From Thiohalophilus sp. (lineage in GTDB: Bacteria > Pseudomonadota > Gammaproteobacteria > UBA6429 > Thiohalophilaceae): a DNA stretch of 24,000 nt. Shown one piece after another: positions 7,849 to 16,158 of this stretch. A program made the translations under genes and the position numbers. Position 1 is the stretch's first letter. Every line of letters starts with the position of its first letter. Below the pieces are notes generated by a model. The model saw nothing but the letters and a program-made list of their open reading frames with translations. It was not told the DNA's origin and ran no database searches. The stretch spans positions 162,896 to 186,895 of the forward strand of contig NZ_JAXHLN010000002.1 of NCBI RefSeq assembly GCF_034522235.1, read 5' to 3'.

Positions 7849-8845
7849 CATTCGTACTGTACTCTGAGTGTTTTTTATGCCAAATAACTTCCTCTTCGTA
7901 GTCGGGTCCATGCGTACCCAGAACGATATAGGCAAATATTTCCCTAAGTGATCTGCGAAGGTGAGGAATATCATCGTGCATAATTGGTGAATATGGCATA
8001 TCACCGTAACGACTTGCTGGATGAAGAGTCATTACCCGCTGCTCATAGAACTCGTGGAAATATTTTTCTGTAATATCTGGTTCAGGTAAGCCAAACGGTT
8101 TATCAAAATGTTCGTGTAGCCACAATGCTGCGTCATGTGACGAAGGATTGATAACGCCATCTTCTCTTAACTTGCGTAAAACGAGGGTGAACGATGCATC
8201 AAGGGCAATATAAAGTGACACAATTGCTTCCTCAGAAAACTCGTAATGGAAACTCAACATATCAGACTTAACAAGAGCATATATTCCACGCAGAACAACG
8301 TAGTTGGCCGGCGACAAGGCTTTCCAAAATGAAAGGAGTCGATCAAAGCCATAATGATCAGGCTCCACAAGATCGTATGGCTTTTCTAGACAGTTAACAA
8401 TACGGTCTTGCATGAGACCTGGTTTCGAATTTCGCGCTAGTTTGAGAAGCAGGGCTTTTACGTCATTGACAATCGAGGGCCGTGAAAGATCTATATTTTC
8501 TTCTTCAAGTAAATGACCATATCGTACAATCGGATAGAAGCGTATGTATGCATCGTCTCTACGCTCACAAAGTAGCAGCGATGATATTAAACGAAGCTCT
8601 TGAGGTGATGCCCAGTCAAATTCGGAGAATGGAGCATCTGGGTCGAGCGAGCTCCAAGACTCACCCTTGACGATCGAGAAGGAAATTTCCGTATCTGCAT
8701 GGAACACTCCATTCGGAACGTGCAGTGTCCCACGTGGGTAATAACCTTTTGGTTCGAACACCATCACGCGGTTTGCCACGCCTTTAGCTCGCGCCCAGCG
8801 TTGCTCACTACTGACGAATCGAATATTTGACGTGGTATGTGTCAT
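7844..8845 (-). CDS. Hypothetical cassette protein (333 aa), alpha-helical
   Basis: Long ORF between attC-like sites 11 and 12. Confidence 0.8.
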   Translation of the reverse strand: MTHTTSNIRFVSSEQRWARAKGVANRVMVFEPKGYYPRGTLHVPNGVFHADTEISFSIVKGESWSSLDPDAPFSEFDWASPQELRLISSLLLCERRDDAYIRFYPIVRYGHLLEEENIDLSRPSIVNDVKALLLKLARNSKPGLMQDRIVNCLEKPYDLVEPDHYGFDRLLSFWKALSPANYVVLRGIYALVKSDMLSFHYEFSEEAIVSLYIALDASFTLVLRKLREDGVINPSSHDAALWLHEHFDKPFGLPEPDITEKYFHEFYEQRVMTLHPASRYGDMPYSPIMHDDIPHLRRSLREIFAYIVLGTHGPDYEEEVIWHKKHSEYSTNA

Positions 8846-8876
8846 TTTTAGAAACGTTCTTGCTCAATTCTATGGT

Positions 8877-8961
8877 GCATAACTTAAAGCCCAGCCGCGC
8901 CGCTTTTTGGTGTCTACTTTATCGGGGGAGGTTCACGTCCTGGTTGAGTTGGTTGTTAGAG
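8877..8961 (-). other. attC-like site 12
   Basis: GCATAAC...GTTAGAG; arms AAAGCCCAGCCGCGCCGC / GGTTGAGTTGGTT. Confidence 0.75.
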
Positions 8962-8965
8962 CACA

Positions 8966-9634
8966 TTATTCAGACTCCGAAATAAATCTAAGAAATGAGT
9001 CGCCCATGGCTGTAGTGCGCTTCTGTCCAAGGCCATTGCCGGTCATAGTTAGATGCAACCCATCAGTATTCACTAAGCCCCTAGAATACAGATCCCTCCA
9101 AAACTGGTCATAAAGATCGCGACGGTTACGCATTTCCGGTATATTGTGCTCCAAAACACTACTGAGGCCACCCATACTTATATTTGGCGGCGGCGTTGGT
9201 TCTTGGAATAGTTTCAATATACGGAGGTGCACCTCTGTTAGAGAATCAATGAAATCTAGAAATATATGTTGTAGTGCTTCTTCGGGCGCCTGGTCAGTAG
9301 CGATATTTACAACAGCATTTCGCAGAGCCGCTATTTTTTCTTCTTGATGTGTTCTTAGTGCTAGATGAGAAGCATACATTGCAGCAGAAATAAACTGTTC
9401 ATTTTCTTTAAGGTCTTCCAGATTTAGGCCATTTTTTTCCAGTTCCTGTAGTTTTTCCCCAACTTTAGCCATCCATTCACCACGCCGTTTCTCAAGTGGA
9501 GGTTGAACGACATTTTGAAATAGCTCAGCAGCAGGCCCGCCAATTACTGGAACCGCCGATAATCCGGCCTTTGCTATTGAGTGAGCTACATCTCCAGGAG
9601 ACTTTGATGGCACTTCAATTTCATCATCTTCCAT
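8966..9634 (-). CDS. Hypothetical protein (222 aa), N-terminal hydrophobic AGLSAVPVIGGPAAELFQNVVQPP segment
   Basis: ORF within cassette bounded by attC-like sites 12 and 13. Confidence 0.8.
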   Translation of the reverse strand: MEDDEIEVPSKSPGDVAHSIAKAGLSAVPVIGGPAAELFQNVVQPPLEKRRGEWMAKVGEKLQELEKNGLNLEDLKENEQFISAAMYASHLALRTHQEEKIAALRNAVVNIATDQAPEEALQHIFLDFIDSLTEVHLRILKLFQEPTPPPNISMGGLSSVLEHNIPEMRNRRDLYDQFWRDLYSRGLVNTDGLHLTMTGNGLGQKRTTAMGDSFLRFISESE

Positions 9635-9699
9635 GGTTTGATACCTTGTGCTCTCACAGCTAGTTAAACAGACGTCTGTCTTTTACTGTGTTAGAAAGA

Positions 9700-10130
9700 T
9701 GTCTGCCTATCCCGGAGCCGGGTCCTGATATTACAGACATTACCCATAATCGTAGCAGGGATGCAGTGGCTTTTCGAGGTTGGCAATGCACCGTTTTGTC
9801 GAGATATTGGGGTTTTCCCTGATGCAGGCAGATTTGTCAAAAGATAGACGGAGCATAATGGTGTCCAGCAACTCCTGATGACTGCTTTGGGTCGGTCAGC
9901 GCCCATCAGAATTTGTCGCATACTTGGTGATCCTGTCACCACCGGGAGAACCGACCATGACCTACCGTACCGAGTTTCCACATTACGCTGGACCCTGGAA
10001 CAAGGGTAGATTAGTTGGCCTGAAGCCGCCACTGAAAATCCGTGAAATCTCGGCAATCCGTATCCGCCTTCAGTAGGCTACAAGGTGAGAGAACTGGCCC
10101 TATTCAATCTAGCCCTGGACAGCAATTCCT
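9700..10130 (+). pseudogene. Truncated copy of the tyrosine recombinase element (leader plus ~75 codons, internal stop)
   Basis: From about 9898 nearly identical to 2851-3100; reads MTYRTEFPHYAGPWNKGRLVGLKPPLKIREISAIRIRLQ* then loses similarity after CTGGACAGCAA. Confidence 0.85.
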
Positions 10131-10179
10131 TGGCCGGTAAGCGGCAAAGCGTGTGATCGCTTACCGGCTAAATGCGGCC

Positions 10180-10243
10180 ATTCAACGCTACCGGAACCCG
10201 CGCCGCATGCCTTTCCTGCGTCGGGTTCACCGGCTTGTTAGCA
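10180..10243 (-). other. attC-like site 13
   Basis: ATTCAAC...GTTAGCA; arms CTACCGGAACCCGCGCCG / CGTCGGGTTCACCGGC. Confidence 0.85.
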
Positions 10244-10270
10244 CAATTCATCGAATCAGCCACGCCGTAC

Positions 10271-10567
10271 CTAGAAAAGATGAAGTTCATGCTCTTCAGT
10301 TCCCTTCGGTACGGGCTTCAATTCATCCGCGAGTGGGTCATACATGTACTCCCACTCGATCCCTTCTCGGTCATAATTTTCCTCTTGGACCGTGTACTTA
10401 TAGCCGAGGATCATCAGTTCCTCTTGAGCCATCCACCGTTCTACGCCATACCGTTTCATGTATGCGTCGGTCAGAGGGTTGACTGGAATCCCATTTTTCA
10501 GCCACTTTTTTCCGTCGCTCAGCCGTTCGGTTGGCTTGACCTTCATTTTCGACCTCGGTCGTGACAT
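10271..10567 (-). CDS. Hypothetical cassette protein
   Basis: MSRPRSKMKVKPTERL...; start 10567 after GTTAGAACGAGGAAACAA; the track ATG at 10594 lies inside the attC. Confidence 0.75.
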   Translation of the reverse strand: MSRPRSKMKVKPTERLSDGKKWLKNGIPVNPLTDAYMKRYGVERWMAQEELMILGYKYTVQEENYDREGIEWEYMYDPLADELKPVPKGTEEHELHLF

Positions 10568-10578
10568 TTGTTTCCTCG

Positions 10579-10659
10579 TTCTAACGCCAGCCATAACCGG
10601 CGCATTTGTAGCGAGCGCAGCGAACGAAAAATGCGTCCGAGTTTATGGCCTTGTTAGGC
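10579..10659 (-). other. attC-like site 14
   Basis: Minus strand GCCTAACAAGGCCATAAACTCGGACGCA...TGCGCCGGTTATGGCTGGCGTTAGAA, classical attC. Confidence 0.95.
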
Positions 10660-11533
10660 GACTGAACTGAACTAAACATGTTTCTAAGTTTTCCTTCCAA
10701 GTTTCATCGTCATTCGTAACGATCTCCATGCCACTCATTGCCATGTTAATATGACATATCACAGTACTAAAGGCATACACAAGGTGATCGGGATCTTGAA
10801 AATATGGGCAGATTGCATAGTAAAGTCTTTGGAACGATCTGGGATGTGTTGTTTCTTTGAACTCACCAGCCAAAATATCTTGGGCTGTTAGCACGAGAGT
10901 TGCTATTGCTACCCCAAGACCTCTTTTCTTTAGAACGGATTCATCGGCAACGTCTGCAAGAACCCATTTCGTTGCTGAATTATCTGCTTCTGTTTCTTGT
11001 TCGCGCGATTCTTCATTGTTGATGGGTTCATTTTTATGACCATGATTTATGTGCGCAAATTCATGGTGAATTATCCAGGCTGCGGCACATAGATATAGCT
11101 CATTCGCAACTCTTACATCTTCGTTAATGGTTGCATCCACGTCTGGCTTGGCTTTATCACTAGGCCACTCTTTGAGAGGACTCTGTTGCAACTTCTCCAT
11201 GCCCCATTTATACAAGGAAAGCGCCCCTCTTGATCTTTCATTTCTGTTAAGATCAAATTCGCTAGCAGAGCCCTGATTCGCGGTACTGTATTCTTGGTAC
11301 GCTACGTAAAATGCGTAACACGCACACCACAAGTACTCCAGTGCCGCTGTTGGCAGCTTAATTTCTTTTGACTCTGTATTAACCCTAAAACTAAATTTTT
11401 GGTCATTCGTAAATACAGCACATGGATCGTGTTCGATACGAAATTTCTTAAGCGTATCAGCTTTTTCAGGAGCGATTCTCGCCACTGAATCGATCAAATC
11501 TTCATCCAGAGCTCGAATTGGTGACATAGCCAT
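10643..11533 (-). CDS. Zinc metallopeptidase-like protein, possible Lit / peptidase U49-type
   Basis: AAWIIHHEFAHINHGHKNEP...REQETEADNSATKWVL: HExxH motif plus downstream ExxAD-type segment. Confidence 0.7.
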   Translation of the reverse strand: MAMSPIRALDEDLIDSVARIAPEKADTLKKFRIEHDPCAVFTNDQKFSFRVNTESKEIKLPTAALEYLWCACYAFYVAYQEYSTANQGSASEFDLNRNERSRGALSLYKWGMEKLQQSPLKEWPSDKAKPDVDATINEDVRVANELYLCAAAWIIHHEFAHINHGHKNEPINNEESREQETEADNSATKWVLADVADESVLKKRGLGVAIATLVLTAQDILAGEFKETTHPRSFQRLYYAICPYFQDPDHLVYAFSTVICHINMAMSGMEIVTNDDETWKENLETCLVQFSRLTRP

Positions 11534-11541
11534 TCCTTATC

Positions 11542-11604
11542 GCCTAACGACTTGGCTCAGTGGGGCGAGAGATAGCGAACGTCAACTGTAGCCTATGGTT
11601 AGAT
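11542..11604 (-). other. attC-like site 15
   Basis: GCCTAAC...GTTAGAT; arms GACTTGGCTCAGTGGGGCG / CAACTGTAGCCTATG. Confidence 0.85.
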
Positions 11605-12489
11605 TCCATTTACAACCTCTCTATCAGAGGTAGATATTTCATGAAATAATGTAGTAATTTCATCTGATATAGCGTCAATTACTCCTACCATTTCATCTCT
11701 TTCTTGTTGTTCAACAATCAAATATTGAAAATACGCATTAATTGCATCAAGGACTACCAATGGCACATAAAAGTATTGGTTGATATGCGTTGGGCAATTG
11801 TGATCGCGTGGACCAATAACGCCATCAGTCTCGTCTAGATAGTGGTACCATAGACTTACCCATGTTCCATGTACGTGGTGCGATCCAATCCTTTGGCCTA
11901 CAACATAAGCTAACCTATCGTGCCCGATTCTCTCGATCATTTGTGCGAGATTGGGAAGTTTTCCAGACTGATTAATGAATTCCTCAGTTAATCCTGACTT
12001 TGTAAAATAATTATCTATAGAGTTTAACATTCGTTCCTCTATAGCCATTACTTTTCCACCACCAGCTCTAATGTTCTCTTCGATTTTTTGTTTAAGCTCT
12101 ATTTCTGTTTTAAGGCCTTCAGCAATAAATCTATTGAAATAATCATCTGTGGGGTTTGAGCACATCCAATTCAATTTTATAGCTGATTCAAAAACACAAC
12201 GATCAATGATAGATGTGGTTTCCCCATATAGCCCCTCATGAGAGAGAGTTACATTAGACAACATAAGCCTCGAGCATCTATTAAGAAGCCCAATCAATAC
12301 TGAGTGATAAATTGGATTCATGTCCCGAATGGAGGGTGAAGCCAAAGAAATACATGAAAAATAATTTGCTAAGTGACCAACGTATTTGTACCACTCGAAC
12401 ATGACAGGACGGTAGTCGCCACCATCTTGACACTCCAGAAGTAGTTCATCAGAGAATTCAGGCGGTAATGGGATGTTCATTGCTTCCAT
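11599..12489 (-). CDS. DUF5677-like protein
   Basis: LLNRCSRLMLSNVTLSHEGLYGETTSIIDRCVFESAIKLNWMC segment resembles the DUF5677 helical core; start chosen near the attC R' (MEAMN). Confidence 0.6.
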   Translation of the reverse strand: MEAMNIPLPPEFSDELLLECQDGGDYRPVMFEWYKYVGHLANYFSCISLASPSIRDMNPIYHSVLIGLLNRCSRLMLSNVTLSHEGLYGETTSIIDRCVFESAIKLNWMCSNPTDDYFNRFIAEGLKTEIELKQKIEENIRAGGGKVMAIEERMLNSIDNYFTKSGLTEEFINQSGKLPNLAQMIERIGHDRLAYVVGQRIGSHHVHGTWVSLWYHYLDETDGVIGPRDHNCPTHINQYFYVPLVVLDAINAYFQYLIVEQQERDEMVGVIDAISDEITTLFHEISTSDREVVNGI

Positions 12490-12495
12490 TATTGA

Positions 12496-12604
12496 ATCTA
12501 ACGTTAACATCAGCGGAAGGCAAAAGGGGCGCGTATTTTTGCTTTTGCAAAAATCGCGACGTTTTTGGCTATCCGCCGGATGTTCTGGTTAGGCAATATT
12601 TTAG
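12496..12604 (-). other. attC-like site 16
   Basis: ATCTAAC...GTTAGGC with complementary arms (AACATCAGCGGAAGGC / CCGCCGGATGTTCTG) and a long internal palindrome. Confidence 0.9.
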
Positions 12605-12644
12605 CCGTATAATGGGTCATTAAAGTAACCATCTATAGCAATAG

Positions 12645-12857
12645 CTACAGCAATGCCTCATATTTATTTGATTCTGCTAGTTCTATTAACTCAACTTTGT
12701 TATTTGAGTCGTAATCAACCCGGAACCCTGACAGGAAAGCATCACTTTCCTCATTAGAAAATTCTACTGGGCCCATAACAGATAAAACTTCATTTCTGTT
12801 CATACCTAAATTAACTGGCCCTACTCCAACGCCTGGCCTAATATCGAATTGTTTCAT
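12645..12857 (-). CDS. Small hypothetical cassette protein (IRPGVGVGPVNLGMNRNEVL)
   Basis: 70 aa ORF following GTTAGGC at 12868-12874. Confidence 0.75.
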   Translation of the reverse strand: MKQFDIRPGVGVGPVNLGMNRNEVLSVMGPVEFSNEESDAFLSGFRVDYDSNNKVELIELAESNKYEALL

Positions 12858-12867
12858 TAAGTTTTAT

Positions 12868-12874
12868 GCCTAAC
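12868..12874 (-). other. Truncated attC half-site (GCCTAAC)
   Basis: GCCTAAC precedes a repeat element; no partner GTTRRRY with matching arms nearby. Confidence 0.4.
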
Positions 12875-12882
12875 AGTGATTT

Positions 12883-13520
12883 AGACAGAATCTGCCTTTT
12901 CCAGGATATAGACAGATTCTGTCTATTCCGGACCCGGGTCCTGATATTACAGAAATTACCCATAATCGTAGCAGGGAGGAAGGGGCTTTTCGAGGTTGGC
13001 AGGGAATCATTTTGTCGAGACATCAGGGTTTCCCCTACCTCATCCAGTCTGTTTTTGATCCCGTCAGACGCCGCCGAGCATCGCAGTGGAAGGAGGAACA
13101 GCCCGAAGGGTGCGCGCATGGACGCGCGCACTCGCCAGTCGGCACACGGATGTGCCGTCTGGCGAGCCCGACCGGAGCGAGAAGCGCAGGGAACCGGCGG
13201 CGTCTTTCGGGCGCGTTTCCTTTGGTTCGTTTCGTTGTCGCGTTACAACGAAATGAACTCGCCGCGCGGGCGCGAGAGCCCGCTTTCAAGATCAAGGGCG
13301 CCCGCAGGGCGAACCTCCTGGACAGACTGGATTCCGGGTCGCGCCTCCGGCTTGCCCGGAATGACGGGAGTGCCGAAGGGCGATTCTTTATTTTAAAGAC
13401 TGGATTGTCTTGCCACATCCCTGTAGCTCGCCCTTCGAGTAAATGGGATCGGTGATAAACGAGAAGTACTTGCATTACTATTTATCGCCGACCACTTTCT
13501 CGCGATGACCGCTTCGGGTC
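12883..13520 (+). repeat. Third, recombinase-less derivative of the element containing the tyrosine recombinase, with GC-rich internal insertion
   Basis: GGGTCCTGATATTACAGAAATTACCCATAATCGTAGCAGGG shared with ~9727; ATGGGATCGGTGATAAACGAGAAG..TTGCATTACTATTTATCGC shared with 2790-2840; perfect 12-bp inverted repeat 12883-12894 / 12913-12924. Confidence 0.75.
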
Positions 13521-14167
13521 GTTTGCCGTCATTTGTGATAGTCATATTATGCTAACAAAACCTGATTATTTTTAGGTGCTATATATATAAAATTATGTAT
13601 CACAAAAATATGATATTTCTGGTCATGTGCTTTGGTTCCACGATCAGCAGGCGAGTGTATCTTTGAATGGCGTAGTAATAACACTAATTATGTGGATAAT
13701 CCGCCTGAAGAATCTTAAGCCCAGCTGCTGCACGTTCCTGCCATTATTAAGATTCACTTCTTGATCCCGCTCCACCGAGCTTACCCCCCTGATCGCCGGC
13801 CTCGGCACCCTCCAAATCCCACTATCGTCATTGCCTAAGCCGGCCAGAAGTGCCCCAATTCTGTGGCTAAGCACGAATAGGTTTTTTCCTGGACGATAAA
13901 ATTTCCTACAGAAGCTTTATTTTTTAATTATTCTGACTACAGTTAGTAACTAATATCTATATTTTGTGTAGGAAGCGTGCTGTTTGCACAAGATATAGTG
14001 ATATGGCAGACTATTTGTGAGGTATATTGGCACTAAGTTCAGCTGAGCCTAACAATATATATCAGTGTATACACAGATTTTAGTACACACATAGAATATA
14101 CGTGTTTCTGGTCATGATTCATATGAATAGGATAGGAAGTACCGTTCTTTAACAAGTAGAGTGAATG

Positions 14168-14464
14168 ATGCGATCGCTCGTACCAGACAAAGTCATACCG
14201 ATTGATGAATTACGTAAGGCCCCTGAAGAGTGCTTTACAGACCAGGCAGTAGCAGTTAGTTCAGACGACGGTAAGATTATTGGGTATCTCTTAGACACAA
14301 CGCTGTATGAAGAGATGATGTCAATTATTCGGCAATCTGAGCAGACCGATACATTTGAAGGCAGCTTTCAAGTCAGTGAAGAACGGTTGAGGGAGATAGT
14401 TAGTCAAGCTGAACTGGTATTAAGTAATGCAACGGATTCAGATCTTGACTCATATTCAGAATAG
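14168..14464 (+). CDS. Phd/YefM-type antitoxin-like protein, no adjacent toxin
   Basis: VIPIDELRKAPEECFTDQAVAVSSDDGKIIGYLLDTTLYEEMMSII. Confidence 0.55.
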   Translation: MRSLVPDKVIPIDELRKAPEECFTDQAVAVSSDDGKIIGYLLDTTLYEEMMSIIRQSEQTDTFEGSFQVSEERLREIVSQAELVLSNATDSDLDSYSE

Positions 14465-14699
14465 TAGGCGATCGGTAGAGTGTTCAGGTTGACATTCACA
14501 TGGTGTAATAATAGTAGTGATATCAGCAACTTAATATTATGGTGGCCTGGATAACGGATATTTGCAATTTATCGCTATATTCCATGTGATATTTGCAACA
14601 TATCAGTTAATAAATTTGCAATTTATGGGAGCTAAGCAAGGCGTAAGTCATTGATTTTAAGTGGAGGCGATTATCACTTTATGGTTAAACCTACACGTT

Positions 14700-14763
14700 G
14701 CAGCACTTCCCGAAAATGCTCACGTATTGATTTATACGCTGCGCTTTTCGGGAAGCACTGCGC
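14700..14763. repeat. Long near-palindrome (hairpin) upstream of Mrr-like gene
   Basis: CTTCCCGAAAA (14706-14716) / TTTTCGGGAAG (14745-14755) with inner CGTAT...ATACG. Confidence 0.75.
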
Positions 14764-14797
14764 CTTGCCCATGACTCCCTCGCTTGCTCTTAACTAA

Positions 14798-15622
14798 GTG
14801 AATGGAAACGCCTTTTTAACCGAAATGCTTCATACAATACCTTATCAGAATAACTGGGCTTACAATGATATTAGTCGGTTAGTTAGCAGCCAAGTTTTAC
14901 TATCAGAGTCGTGTATCTTCTGTAATGTTCCTCTTATTGATTTGCCAGAAGATTATTTGGGTGATGACAATTATGAGGTGCTAACTGAATTGCAGCTATG
15001 CCCTAATTGTGGTTGGTGGTCAGTTTCACAGGCTCATTCTGACAAGCAGATGTGGGATGATGAGCTAGAGCGCATGGTATTTTTATACGGTGGAATTGGT
15101 AGCTTAAAAGAGTTGAGCCTCAATGATATTAATGAACCATTGGCAGAGATACGACAGTACCTGATAGGAAAGTTTGGTGACCGTTTTGTGGTCAACCCGA
15201 AGGTTTTCGAGAATGTGGTGGCAAGCGTATTCCGAAATCTTGATCAGAATGTTGTAGTTACTGCATATTCAGGCGACGGAGGTATTGACGCAGTAATGAC
15301 AGATGGATCTGATTTAGTTGGTGTTCAAGTAAAAAGGTATAAAAGTAAGATTGAAGTTGAGCAGATCCGTGCCTTTGCAGGAGCTTTATACCTTCATGGT
15401 TATTCCCGAGGTGTTTTTGTCACAACTTCTGATTATCAGGCAGGATGTAAGCGGACAGCTCGGTTATATGCAGAAAGAGGCCTTCCGATCCAACTTTATA
15501 ATGCTCAAAACTTCTATTCAGCACTAGAGTTATCTCACTACAACACACATTCAAATTGGGCTACTCGAGAAAAAATACTCTCCATAGTTCAAAATTCGGA
15601 TCTCCATCCAATTTTTAATTAA
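14798..15622 (+). CDS. Mrr-like restriction endonuclease
   Basis: NPKVFENVVASVFRNL...VVVTAYSGDGGIDAVMTDGSDLVGVQVKRYKSKIEVEQIRAFAGALYLHGYSRGVFVTTSDY: (G)GxD...QxKR core plus the Mrr_cat flanks. Confidence 0.85.
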   Translation: MNGNAFLTEMLHTIPYQNNWAYNDISRLVSSQVLLSESCIFCNVPLIDLPEDYLGDDNYEVLTELQLCPNCGWWSVSQAHSDKQMWDDELERMVFLYGGIGSLKELSLNDINEPLAEIRQYLIGKFGDRFVVNPKVFENVVASVFRNLDQNVVVTAYSGDGGIDAVMTDGSDLVGVQVKRYKSKIEVEQIRAFAGALYLHGYSRGVFVTTSDYQAGCKRTARLYAERGLPIQLYNAQNFYSALELSHYNTHSNWATREKILSIVQNSDLHPIFN

Positions 15623-15659
15623 GGGCCAATAGGCTCAGACTCGATTGGAATAGTTTTAT

Positions 15660-15726
15660 CAGTGCTCTACGGGAGAGTTGCGGGCTAAAAATAATAATCC
15701 GCATCGCCACGGAAGGCTTTTTATAA
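15660..15726 (+). repeat. Structured repeat R1
   Basis: CAGTGCTCTACGGGAGAGTTGCGGGCTAAAAATAATAATCCGCATCGCCACGGAAGGCTTTTTATAAC. Confidence 0.85.
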
Positions 15727-15729
15727 CAG

Positions 15730-15975
15730 GTGAGTTATATGGAATATGTAAGTGGGGAATCAATGATTGCTTTTATTGCAGTCTTAATTGCGATTATGAA
15801 TGTTGTTTTCTTAGTCAAACATAACAAGTTATCGGTTATGCCGCATTTGGTAATTTTTGATGAAAAAAATACTGCTAATTCAAGATTAGAAGTAAAGACT
15901 TTGCTTATCAATAAAGGATTAGGTCCTGCAAAAATAAAAGAGTTTAATGTGTATCTCATTAAAAAGGGGACGTAG
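15730..15975 (+). CDS. Small N-terminal TM protein, possibly truncated
   Basis: MIAFIAVLIAIMNVVFLVKHNKLSVMPHLVIF...LLINKGLGPAKIKEFNVYLIKKGT; architecture like the 1-212 fragment. Confidence 0.6.
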   Translation: MSYMEYVSGESMIAFIAVLIAIMNVVFLVKHNKLSVMPHLVIFDEKNTANSRLEVKTLLINKGLGPAKIKEFNVYLIKKGT

Positions 15976-16000
15976 GGATTTAATTTTAACCAGTTTCATT

Positions 16001-16064
16001 CAGTGCTCAACGGGAGAGTTGCGGTAATAAAAGCAATAATCCGCATCGCCACGGAAGGCTTTTA
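16001..16064 (+). repeat. Structured repeat R2
   Basis: CAGTGCTCAACGGGAGAGTTGCGGTAATAAAAGCAATAATCCGCATCGCCACGGAAGGCTTTTA. Confidence 0.9.
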
Positions 16065-16158
16065 TGAATTCGCAAGCGTGCTAATAAGGGGACCAATAGA
16101 GTTAGACTCGATTGAAAAGTTTTATTCAGTGCTAAACGTGAGGTCTACAAAGTTACTA

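Noticed and set aside
9691-10056. 121-aa minus-strand ORF
   Set aside because: Antisense to the truncated recombinase element; part of its sequence recurs at 12838-13131 only because the DNA repeat recurs.
10153-10564. Plus-strand ORFs 10153-10482 and 10172-10564
   Set aside because: Antisense to the cassette gene 10271-10567 and overlapping an attC site.
12866-13475. Overlapping ORFs (12866-13396 +, 13012-13455 +, 13035-13475 -, 12838-13131 -)
   Set aside because: Lie in a repeated GC-rich block with Arg/Ala/Ser-rich translations on both strands and no domain signal; better explained as repeats.
14700-14763. Hairpin considered as an attC site
   Set aside because: No RYYYAAC/GTTRRRY core boxes at its ends.
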